In this document: piece after piece, positions 1 to 8,272 of the stretch
Position numbering within the stretch: position 1 is the stretch's first letter
Layout of the letters: every line of letters begins with the position of its first letter
Origin: Syntrophorhabdaceae bacterium
Lineage (GTDB): Bacteria > Desulfobacterota > Syntrophorhabdia > Syntrophorhabdales > Syntrophorhabdaceae
Assembly (NCBI GenBank): GCA_963665295.1
Contig: OY762209.1
Span: forward strand, 64,001 to 128,000
Length of the DNA: 64,000 nt
Reading direction: 5' to 3'
Made by a program: the position numbers and the translations under genes
Notes under the pieces: generated by a model
The model's database searches: none
Told to the model about the DNA's origin: nothing
What the model saw: the letters and a program-made list of their open reading frames with translations, nothing else

Positions 1-1
1 G

Positions 2-661
2 CACATGGTCCAGGGTGCCCGCCACCGCCTCCTGAGATGAAATGTCGAGATACTCCCCCTTTCCCGTGCCTCTCCTCTTGAAAAGGGCCAGGAGGATACC
101 GATTGCGGCGAAGAGGGAAGCAACATAGAACGACTGTTCGCCGTAAGGCCTGAGGGGCGTTGTCGAGGGGTCACCCGAGACGTACATCTGTCCCCCAAAG
201 GCGGAAGCCACAAGATCGCATGACTTGTAACCGCTCTTGGGCCCCGTTTGCCCGAAACCTGTCACTGAAGCCAGAATGAGCCCAGGATTTGCCTCGTTCA
301 TTGCCCTGTAGGAACAACCGGTCTTCTCCAGATGACCCGGAGCGAAGGACTCCACCACAACATCGGCCTTTTCTATGAGTCTGAAGAAAAGCTTCCTCCC
401 TTCCTCCTTCCCGATGTCGAGGGTAATGCCCAGTTTGTTCGCGTTATGGTAAAGGAAAAAGGAGCGTGCCTCCGGGGAAGACGTGTCCCCCGGTGAGGGC
501 CCCGCCTTTCGGGGATTGTCTCCCTCCGGTTTTTCAATCTTGATGACGAGAGCACCCAGGTCCGCGAGGACCCTGGAACAGAAACATGCCTTTTCGTCTG
601 CGAGATCGAGGATACGTATTCCGTGAAGAAGGCCCTCTTTTTCAGACTGTTCCATTTCCAT
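2..661 (-). CDS. CaiB/BaiF family III CoA-transferase (3' part runs off the window)
   Basis: Manual translation (not in ORF track): MEMEQSEKEGLLHGIRILDLADEKACFCSRVLADLGALVIKIEKPEGD...NANKLGITLD...ADVVVESFAPG...SVTGFGQTGP, typical family III motifs. Confidence 0.9.
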   Translation of the reverse strand, partial: MEMEQSEKEGLLHGIRILDLADEKACFCSRVLADLGALVIKIEKPEGDNPRKAGPSPGDTSSPEARSFFLYHNANKLGITLDIGKEEGRKLFFRLIEKADVVVESFAPGHLEKTGCSYRAMNEANPGLILASVTGFGQTGPKSGYKSCDLVASAFGGQMYVSGDPSTTPLRPYGEQSFYVASLFAAIGILLALFKRRGTGKGEYLDISSQEAVAGTLDHV

Positions 662-1634
662 GGATACCCTCAAGAGAGTACATGATACGGTCTTCCACCA
701 CCTGCCGCCGAACCTCACCGTCTTTCTCCAGGTACGCGAGGTGGGCAACCGTTTCCCCGATTACTATGATCTTTTCGAAAAGAGGCAAAGTGCCCCAGGA
801 ATTATGCCACCCATTCCAGGTCATACGCGATGCGAGCTGAAAGGCGGTCCTTCGCCCGTTTCTCAGGAGAGAAACTACCTCCTTGAGTCTTCGCCCGTGG
901 TTGGCCTTCAGTTCATCAAGCCTTTCCCGGTGGCCCCGGAAAGGCTTTCCATGGCCGGGCAACGTAAGCTCGATGTCCAGGGCACGGATCTTTTCCAGAC
1001 CTGCCAGATACTCCCTCAGGGGCTGCCAACCGTCAACACGCATGAATTCAAGGACGGGGCTGATATTACCGAGAATATGGTCACCCGCCAGGAGTACTTT
1101 CCTGTCCGGTTCGAAAAGGCAGAGGTGCCCTTGCGTGTGACCCGGCGTCTCGATACATCGGAACCGCATATCCCCTATGTCTATCGTGTCCTCTTCCTTC
1201 AGAAAATGGAACCTGAGATTCCGGCGGGAAGAACTTCCGGAAGCGGGCCTGTGCCGGGAAGCCGCATCAAATTCCTCATCGGGAAGACCGTTCAGCCGGG
1301 CGAAGTCGAGCAACGCGGCATAACTATTGTTTCCATCGAACCAGTTCATTTCCCGTTCATTCAGATACACCCTGGCCGTATCTTCGGCGAGGTGGGGAAG
1401 GAGACCGAAATGGTCCGGGTGTATGTGGGTGATGAAGAAATCGGTCCTCTTCAGATCGACTCCCAGTCGGGTCAGTGCGGCCCCCATCACCTCCATGGGT
1501 TCCGTCCCTCCCAACCCCGTATCGACGATGAGGCTCTTTTCCGGACCCCTGACCACGTAGGAGTTCGTAGTCCTCAGGGGAGCCCCGGGCATGGGGATCT
1601 CAACCCTGTAAATATTTGTCGTGATCTGTTCCAC
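642..1634 (-). CDS. MBL-fold metallo-hydrolase
   Basis: THIHPDHFG (HxHxDH), TPGHT, AGDH and PGHG motifs; start trimmed to the GTG downstream of AAGGGG. Confidence 0.88.
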   Translation of the reverse strand: MEQITTNIYRVEIPMPGAPLRTTNSYVVRGPEKSLIVDTGLGGTEPMEVMGAALTRLGVDLKRTDFFITHIHPDHFGLLPHLAEDTARVYLNEREMNWFDGNNSYAALLDFARLNGLPDEEFDAASRHRPASGSSSRRNLRFHFLKEEDTIDIGDMRFRCIETPGHTQGHLCLFEPDRKVLLAGDHILGNISPVLEFMRVDGWQPLREYLAGLEKIRALDIELTLPGHGKPFRGHRERLDELKANHGRRLKEVVSLLRNGRRTAFQLASRMTWNGWHNSWGTLPLFEKIIVIGETVAHLAYLEKDGEVRRQVVEDRIMYSLEGIHGNGTV

Positions 1635-1801
1635 CAACCGGTGACCCCTTACGCGTCCGTCTTTTTCAATATACACACTTAGCGCCAAGGGCAGTATAAC
1701 CCGCAAGTGGCTGTAAAAGCACCCATTTTTAAAGATCGCGACATAAGAACGCGAGATGCCCCGCGCTGCCTGCCCCCAATCAGGTTATCATACGGGCTGC
1801 A

Positions 1802-1942
1802 TCAGTCCGATGAAGGTACAGGCTTCGGCTGCTGGGTTACCATCTCCTTGTCACAACAAGTGGGCAGTTCTTTGCTTCCCTTCGTGCACAGTACCTCCGT
1901 ACCGCACACCTCACAGCGATATCTCTTTCCCAGTTGACTCAC
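1802..1942 (-). CDS. Desulforedoxin-like microprotein (46 aa)
   Basis: GGAGGTG RBS, GTG start; MSQLGKRYRCEVCGTEVLCTKGSKELPTCCDKEMVTQQPKPVPSSD; C-x2-C-x15-CC. Confidence 0.85.
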   Translation of the reverse strand: MSQLGKRYRCEVCGTEVLCTKGSKELPTCCDKEMVTQQPKPVPSSD

Positions 1943-1972
1943 GGGTCACCTCCGTCTACAAAGTATAAGTGT

Positions 1973-2092
1973 CTACTTCTTCTGTTCCATGGCCTGGCCG
2001 CAGCAGGTAATTGTCCCTTCTCCGCCGCGGGTTACAATGTGCTCAGCGCCGCACTTCGTGCAAATGTATCTCTTTCCTGTTTGATTTGCCAT
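1973..2092 (-). CDS. Desulforedoxin-like microprotein (39 aa)
   Basis: AAGGAGG/GAGG RBS, ATG; MANQTGKRYICTKCGAEHIVTRGGEGTITCCGQAMEQKK; C-x2-C-x15-CC. Confidence 0.87.
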   Translation of the reverse strand: MANQTGKRYICTKCGAEHIVTRGGEGTITCCGQAMEQKK

Positions 2093-2133
2093 ACCTCATT
2101 CCTCCTTGCGCTCTATGCCGTCATATGACATTT

Positions 2134-2808
2134 CTACAGCTCAATCTCCTTCAGGTCCGCTGCGATGAGCAGCTTCGGCTCGGTAACCGACTGAATGTCC
2201 CCCGGAGTGAGGCCGGGGTAGATCTCCTTCAACAGAAGCCCCTCTTTCGTAACCTCGATTACCGCGAGATCGGTGAAGATCCAGTGGACCTTCTTCAGCG
2301 CCGTTGCAGGGTACGTCAACTCACGGACGATCTTCGGCTTCCCATCGGTGGTGGTATGTTCCATTGCGATGAAAAGGCTTCGCGCCCCAATGGCGAGGTC
2401 CATGGAACCGCCTACATTACCTACCCCTGCAAGTCCCCTCGACGGGTTGTACCACGAGGCAAAGTCCCCTGCGGCATTCACCTGAAAGGCGCCCATCACC
2501 GTGGCGTCCACATGGCCGCCCCGGATCATGGCGAAAGACTCGACCAGATCGAAATAAACCGATCCCGGCATCTCCGTCACCGCCTGGCAGCTGGCGTTGA
2601 TGAGGTCCTGATCGATATCGCATCCTTCTGCTATGGGGCCCGTTTTCAGCATGCCTATCTCCGCCTGGAGGGCTACATCCCTTCCTTCGAGCCAGTTGCC
2701 GACCAGCGTGGGCATGCCTATACCCAGGTTCACGTAAGACCCGTCTTTAATCTCCTTACTCACCCTCAACGCGATGATCTCGCGGGGGAGCCCTTCGAAT
2801 TTCTTCAA
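2134..2808 (-). CDS. 3-oxoacid CoA-transferase family I, subunit B
   Basis: VNLGIGMPT, LQAEIG (catalytic Glu), MIRGGHVD, GGSMDL; TTG start after GGAGG. Confidence 0.92.
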   Translation of the reverse strand: MKKFEGLPREIIALRVSKEIKDGSYVNLGIGMPTLVGNWLEGRDVALQAEIGMLKTGPIAEGCDIDQDLINASCQAVTEMPGSVYFDLVESFAMIRGGHVDATVMGAFQVNAAGDFASWYNPSRGLAGVGNVGGSMDLAIGARSLFIAMEHTTTDGKPKIVRELTYPATALKKVHWIFTDLAVIEVTKEGLLLKEIYPGLTPGDIQSVTEPKLLIAADLKEIEL

Positions 2809-2825
2809 CGTTATTCCTCCTCTTT

Positions 2826-3566
2826 TCAAAGATTCGTGATATCGAAGGTGATCCTCGGAACCTTCACGACTCTCTGTACGTATATACCAGGGGTATGAAC
2901 CATCTCCGGGTCAATCTCCCCGGTGGCCACAATGTTCTCGACCTCGGCAATCGTCACGCGCGCAGCCGAAGCCATCACGGGGTTGAAGTTCCTCGCCGTC
3001 TTGCGGTACTGGAGGTTGCCTTCGGGATCACTCTTGTAGGCATGGATCAACGCAAAGTCAGGCTTCAGCGCATATTCCAGAACACATGTCTGCCCGTCTA
3101 TCACCCTGACCTCTTTCTTTGTCCTGTTTTCCACGACGTTCGTGAGGATAGCCTCCTCCACCATGGACCCTGCCCCTGCGGGCGTGAAAAAAGCGGGGAT
3201 GCCTGCTCCCCCGGCCCTGTACTTTTCGGCCAGCGTTCCCATGGGGTAGATCTCGAGCTCAATTTCGCCGGACCGCACCGCCTGCTCGAAGGCATGTTGA
3301 AGGCCCTTCGTTGCGGAGCGGAAAAGCCCGTAAGAATCGATGACTTTCTTGATCTGTTTGTTTTTTACCAAACTGTCCAGCTCGCCGGTGGCGCCCAGAA
3401 GAGGACCCGAACCGCACGCTATAGTGAGGCCCTTTACTCCCTTATCGATGAGCGCCCGGATCAGCACCCTGGGCACTCCCGCTGCAAAGAAACCGCCGAT
3501 AGCTACGACCGCACCATCCTCGATGTCCGCTACCGCTTGTTCAATACTTTCCCGTACCTTGTTCAT
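2826..3566 (-). CDS. 3-oxoacid CoA-transferase family I, subunit A
   Basis: IGGF, PMGTLAEKYRAGGAGIPAF, KTARNFNPVMA, VHTPGIYV. Confidence 0.93.
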   Translation of the reverse strand: MNKVRESIEQAVADIEDGAVVAIGGFFAAGVPRVLIRALIDKGVKGLTIACGSGPLLGATGELDSLVKNKQIKKVIDSYGLFRSATKGLQHAFEQAVRSGEIELEIYPMGTLAEKYRAGGAGIPAFFTPAGAGSMVEEAILTNVVENRTKKEVRVIDGQTCVLEYALKPDFALIHAYKSDPEGNLQYRKTARNFNPVMASAARVTIAEVENIVATGEIDPEMVHTPGIYVQRVVKVPRITFDITNL

Positions 3567-3606
3567 GGCCACCAACCTCTTTTCAGTATTGTCTCTCGTT
3601 ATTTAC

Positions 3607-4338
3607 TCACTGATTCCCCGATCTTCTCGTTTTCACGGAGAGCCTCGCCTCCAGGTCCAATCCTTGCTGAAGCGACATGTCCAGACCCTGAAGAACGGCT
3701 TGTTTGGCGTTTCTCACTGCTGCGACCCTGAAGGACGCGATTTTCCCGGCTATCTCATCCGCCGTTTCAAGAAGCCTGTCCACCGGCACTACCCTGCTCA
3801 CGAGACCGGATTCGAGGGCCTCACGGGCATCCATACGCCTATTGGTGAGAAGCATATCAAGGGACCTGGATAGACCGATTATCCTGGGGAGGGTTTGTGT
3901 CCCCCCTGCCCCCGGTATAATGCCCAGGCCCATCTCAGGTAACCCGAAGATCGTGTTTTCCGCGGCAATCCGGATATTGCAGAACAGGGCAATCTCCATC
4001 CCCGAGCCGAGCACGTATCCGTGGAGTGCGGCAATGAGAGGCTGTGCCATGCTCCGGAAGAGCCCCCACAGGTCTCTTAGCACCCTTATCTGTCTTGCCT
4101 TGACCACGGAAGGAGCGGTAAGGAATTCAGACAGATCGGCGCCTGCGCAAAACGCCTTTTCTCCCGCGCCCTTGAGTATCACTGCCCGTATCTCGTCATC
4201 CGCCTTGATGGCACTCAGAACCTCATAAAGGTCGTCCCGCATCTGCACGCTGTATACGTTCAGCACCCGGGGCCTGTTAAGGGTCACGTATCCGATGTTG
4301 CCCTTCCGCTCATAGATGACCGTTTCGAATCCATTCAT
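3607..4338 (-). CDS. Enoyl-CoA hydratase/isomerase family protein
   Basis: AFCAGADL, GSGMEIA, FGLPE, GAGGTQ crotonase motifs. Confidence 0.93.
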   Translation of the reverse strand: MNGFETVIYERKGNIGYVTLNRPRVLNVYSVQMRDDLYEVLSAIKADDEIRAVILKGAGEKAFCAGADLSEFLTAPSVVKARQIRVLRDLWGLFRSMAQPLIAALHGYVLGSGMEIALFCNIRIAAENTIFGLPEMGLGIIPGAGGTQTLPRIIGLSRSLDMLLTNRRMDAREALESGLVSRVVPVDRLLETADEIAGKIASFRVAAVRNAKQAVLQGLDMSLQQGLDLEARLSVKTRRSGNQ

Positions 4339-4347
4339 CCTTTTTCT

Positions 4348-5097
4348 CTATGCCCCTTCAAAATCGGGTTTTCTCTTTTCCTTGAAGGCCGTAATACCCT
4401 CTATGCGGTCCCGGGTCGTAAAAAGAAGCAGGTAAAGGTCCAGTTCCATGCGCATCCCCTGATCGATGGTCAGATCCAGGCCGCTGTGAAGAGCTTCCTT
4501 GACGCAGCCCATTGCCAGGGGGGATCTCTCGGCCATATCCGCCGCAAGGGTCGCGGCGGTATCCATAAGTTCCGGCCCGGGAACTACCCTGTGAATAAGG
4601 CCTATCCGCCGGGCTTCCCGAGCGTCGACCCTTGCGCCTGTCAAAATCATTTCCATGGCTTTGCCCGGTCCTATCAGACGGGGCAGCCGCTGTGTTCCGC
4701 CGGCGGAAGGGATCAGCCCGCCACATATCTGTGGCAGCCCGAAACGCGCGTCCTCTGTCCCTATCCTGATGTCGCAGGCAAGGGCCAGTTCCAGCCCGAT
4801 TCCCATGGCATCACCCTCAATTGCCGCAATGACCGGCTGTTTGAGTTGGGCCACGGGCGCTACAAGGGAAGCCTGTTCCACTTCTCCCCATTCGGTTCCT
4901 TCCACCGTTGAATCGAAGATCTTACCCGGATAGGCAAGGACAACTACCCGGGTCTCATCGTCCCAGTTGACTTCGGCGCACAAATCCTCAAGCTCGTTCG
5001 CTATCCGCGCCGCCCATCCATGGACACTCATGAGGCCGGGAAACCGGACAATCATACAGCGACCTACTTTCTCACAACTCAGCTCACGATACGCCAT
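4348..5097 (-). CDS. Enoyl-CoA hydratase/isomerase family protein (second Glu replaced by Gln)
   Basis: GIGLELALACD, FGLPQ, GGTQRLPRLIG, AFKEKRKP; divergent N-terminus. Confidence 0.9.
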   Translation of the reverse strand: MAYRELSCEKVGRCMIVRFPGLMSVHGWAARIANELEDLCAEVNWDDETRVVVLAYPGKIFDSTVEGTEWGEVEQASLVAPVAQLKQPVIAAIEGDAMGIGLELALACDIRIGTEDARFGLPQICGGLIPSAGGTQRLPRLIGPGKAMEMILTGARVDAREARRIGLIHRVVPGPELMDTAATLAADMAERSPLAMGCVKEALHSGLDLTIDQGMRMELDLYLLLFTTRDRIEGITAFKEKRKPDFEGA

Positions 5098-5237
5098 CAA
5101 TCAACCTGCCTCCCGGCCGATAAAGCCCCTGATCTTTCCCGCGGCGCCCATAACTGTTGTTTCTCCCTGAGTATCCCTAGGTTCGAAATCCGTCTTCCGT
5201 CCTCCACACGGCCCGACCAGGGCCCGTGTTTGTCTCC

Positions 5238-5674
5238 TTACAACTCGACTGATCCCCGGCGTATGGTTCCACTGAATAGCCCTTCGCAGTGACGGTTGAC
5301 GCCTTTGAGTATCGGCTCGAATTCAATATCTGAAGCTCTGTAGTGAGGAATGTCAGGATTACCCATAGATTCCGGTACTCGGACGCGAATTGGCCGTTAA
5401 AGCCGTTGCCCCGGCGCAACGTGTCGAGTGCATTGCCCTCACCGTCATTCGCAAGCCGGGTCATCTCATTAACGTGTCTGATCTTGCACTCATCAATAAT
5501 CCGCAGCAGGAGTTCTGCCTTGCTCTTAAAGTGCCCGTATAAAGAGCCCTTGGTGAGCCCCACCTTTTTCACGATGTCCGTGACGGAGGTACCGTGGTAT
5601 CCTTTGCGTACGAAAAGCTCAAGGGCTGCCTGGATGATCTTTTCCTGCGTCACTACCCCGTCGGCTCTCTTCAC
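5238..5674 (-). pseudogene. TetR/AcrR regulator, frameshifted and C-terminally truncated
   Basis: Close paralog of 27047-27667 up to FLTTEL; homology continues in another frame (DIEFEPILKG vs DIDFEPMLKA) after about 5332 and stops at TAA 5238-5240. Confidence 0.8.
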
Positions 5675-5690
5675 TAGGACCTCCCACTAA

Positions 5691-5733
5691 TACCGTACGT
5701 TCATTATTTAAATTATTTTCATGGGCGTGTCAA
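5691..5733 (-). promoter_or_regulatory. Sigma70-like promoter (TTGACA) with downstream TetR-type operator
   Basis: TTGACA-17nt-TAAATA on minus strand; TACCGTACGTTCATTA at 5691-5706. Confidence 0.6.
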
Positions 5734-6167
5734 GTCTTTTTTCGACTATAAGTAAATTTTCTTACTCCTTTAATTCGCCTACTTATGTTACATAATCCAT
5801 ATCTCACTGACAATATTGGCTTATGCATTATCCGACCGGTCATTTGCTGTAGAGGTACTACGAATATCACGTCGCAGGAAAACAACCATCCTTCGACCAT
5901 TGTGGGGATCGATTCGTGGACCCTGATTTGTTTGCAGGTTTTTCTCGTCTCAAAGGCAAAGCACGAAGACCGCGCCCAATGGTGTGGCGCAGCCTCCGCT
6001 CTTGTCAGTCAACAGGCCTGATTGTGGCAAAGGTTGATTCAGTCACTCTCATCGTAGCCCGTGCCCGTCCTCGCGATCCCGTATTTTCGGCGACGCTCCG
6101 CCTGCCGCCCATGCGTATATTCACCACCCGGGAAATCCTGCCGGATGACGGGTCTCAACGCACTACT

Positions 6168-6950
6168 CTACTCGTTTCTGTAAACCGGCTTTCTCCTCTC
6201 GAAGAACGCGGCCATGCCTTCCTTCATATTGTATGTACCCGTAAGTTTGGAAGAGTATGCGGATTCCAAAACGCCGCCTTCATCGAGCCCTGTCTCAAGG
6301 CCTTCAGCTGTAGCCCGCATGACACCCTCTACGGCCTGGTAATTCTTTTCGGCAATCTCCGTTGCAAGGGCTTTTGCCTTCTCCACGAGGTCGGAGGCAG
6401 GATACACGGCATTCACAAGACCGATATTGAGGGCCTCCTCACCTGAGACCCGCCGTCCCGTCAACATCAGTTCCAAGGCTTTGGGTTGACCGACAAGCCG
6501 GGGCAGCCTCTGCGTACCCCCCAGGCTCGGCATAGTGCCGAGGGTGATCTCCAACAGGCCAAGAGAAGCTTCGGGGCCGGCAAGACGCATATGGCACGAT
6601 AATGCCAATTCCAGACCGCCGCCGAAGCAGTTTCCATTGATCGCGGCAATAACAGGGCGGGGCAGTTTTTCGACTCGCCTGAAAAGGGCTTTCATATCGA
6701 GTGTCATCCGGGTATTGGCTTCTGCGGTTTCCAATGCATTAATGTCTTTGACATCAAGGCCGGAGATGAAGACCTTGGGCGAACCGGTGATGACGACAGC
6801 CCGGGCTTCCTTTTTTTCTACCAGGTTTATTACCATATTACATAGCTCGTGGTAGTAAGTAAGGGGCAATACATTATGGGGGGGTCGGTCGATTGTGATA
6901 AGGGCCACCCCGTTTTCCACGGAACATCTTAAAGCATCATTGTCTGACAT
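6168..6950 (-). CDS. Enoyl-CoA hydratase/isomerase family protein
   Basis: FISGLDV, GGGLELALSCH, GGTQRLPRLVG, AFFERRKP. Confidence 0.93.
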   Translation of the reverse strand: MSDNDALRCSVENGVALITIDRPPHNVLPLTYYHELCNMVINLVEKKEARAVVITGSPKVFISGLDVKDINALETAEANTRMTLDMKALFRRVEKLPRPVIAAINGNCFGGGLELALSCHMRLAGPEASLGLLEITLGTMPSLGGTQRLPRLVGQPKALELMLTGRRVSGEEALNIGLVNAVYPASDLVEKAKALATEIAEKNYQAVEGVMRATAEGLETGLDEGGVLESAYSSKLTGTYNMKEGMAAFFERRKPVYRNE

Positions 6951-7112
6951 GTTATTTCTCCTCTCCGGTAAATCTGCAACCGGGGCAACGCTCCCGGGAA
7001 ATCACGGTTACTGCTCCTAATGCCAACCTCCAAGGTTGAGGGACCACTCCGGACCAGCCGGAAGATATCTCCTGTCCGGTCCGGAGGGCTAGAGTAGACT
7101 CCTGGTTATACT

Positions 7113-8090
7113 TTAGAACGGCATGATCATGCGAAGCACGACTCGCGTGCCTTGTGCCCGCGCCTCAGCCTGACTTTCCGAGTAAGCCTTCAGGCTGAAG
7201 ATCGCCGTAGGCTTCCGCTCACCTTCACGAATATAGGTATAGGATATGCCCGGACCGATGGCGAAAATCCTCTCTTTGGAGTTCGGCACCGTGTTGCTGT
7301 CCAACTGGTCGGCAGTGGTCTGCTGCCCGTAATAGCCTACTACGCCGAACCGCAGTAAAGGCGTGATAAAATCAAGGGACTTTGAAAAGCTGTAATTGAA
7401 ACGCCACATTTCGCCTGCCTGCATGCTGTGAGTAGCGAAGTCCCGTGTAAGGGCCGGGTTCACATAGGAATTGTTCTTTGTATTCCAGAGGTAATGCTGC
7501 CTGGTGCTCAACTCGAAGCCTTTCGGCATGGTCAGCGTCATGGCAACAAAGGGTTCAAAGGTCCAGAAATTCGCACCTGCGTTGAATGCCGCGTCCTTGT
7601 CGTAAGAACCGATCGGGGCGTAGGTGTCGAACTCGCCGAACCAGTGAAAGGTCCAATCCTTCGCCAATGAATGCGAACGGCCCACGAAGGGACCAAAAAC
7701 CGCGTCACCTATCATACCGCTGTCCGCGGTAAGCCCCACATTCGAGCTGGCATTGAGACTGACCAGGGACCACTGGGTCTGCGCTCCCCAGATAAGGCCG
7801 CCGGGCAATGGTTTTGCCGCGGTATAGATGAGCTGCGGCGCAAAGGCAACCAGATTGAGCTTGTTCCTCCCCGGAATGTTGTTCCCGCTGCCGTCTTTAA
7901 AAGTGGTCGCGCTATAGGTTGCTACCTTAGGATTGAAGACAAAGCCCGGGCCCATGGATATAGCTGCCCCGTCCAGGAAGTCCGTGTATCCCCAGTTCAG
8001 GGAAGGATTCTGATTAAAGGCCATACCAGCCGAACACAGCATAGAGAAGAAAAAAACACACCCCAGGAATAGAACACATTTTTTTGTCAT
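7113..8090 (-). CDS. SphA / phenol-degradation MetA-pathway type outer-membrane channel
   Basis: Signal peptide, NWGYTDFLDG N-terminus, GIGD-like MIGD, APIGSYD, GYYGQQTTAD, FAIGPG, terminal Phe. Confidence 0.78.
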   Translation of the reverse strand: MTKKCVLFLGCVFFFSMLCSAGMAFNQNPSLNWGYTDFLDGAAISMGPGFVFNPKVATYSATTFKDGSGNNIPGRNKLNLVAFAPQLIYTAAKPLPGGLIWGAQTQWSLVSLNASSNVGLTADSGMIGDAVFGPFVGRSHSLAKDWTFHWFGEFDTYAPIGSYDKDAAFNAGANFWTFEPFVAMTLTMPKGFELSTRQHYLWNTKNNSYVNPALTRDFATHSMQAGEMWRFNYSFSKSLDFITPLLRFGVVGYYGQQTTADQLDSNTVPNSKERIFAIGPGISYTYIREGERKPTAIFSLKAYSESQAEARAQGTRVVLRMIMPF

Positions 8091-8117
8091 TTCCTTTTTC
8101 TCCTTTTATAGAAAGTA

Positions 8118-8135
8118 TGACTAACTAGTTAGTCA
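8118..8135. promoter_or_regulatory. Perfect 18-bp palindrome, putative TetR operator
   Basis: TGACTAACTAGTTAGTCA, 28 bp upstream of the channel gene start. Confidence 0.7.
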
Positions 8136-8272
8136 CCTTAAGCAGATAGTTACACCTCTCCCCCCTGACCCGCCACTCAAGGAGGCGGAGGGGCAGGGGG
8201 GAGATCTCGCTTTCAATGCTTCTGTCAGCTATCAAGTCAAACTTCACTGCCTCTATCCCTTTATCACGATAC

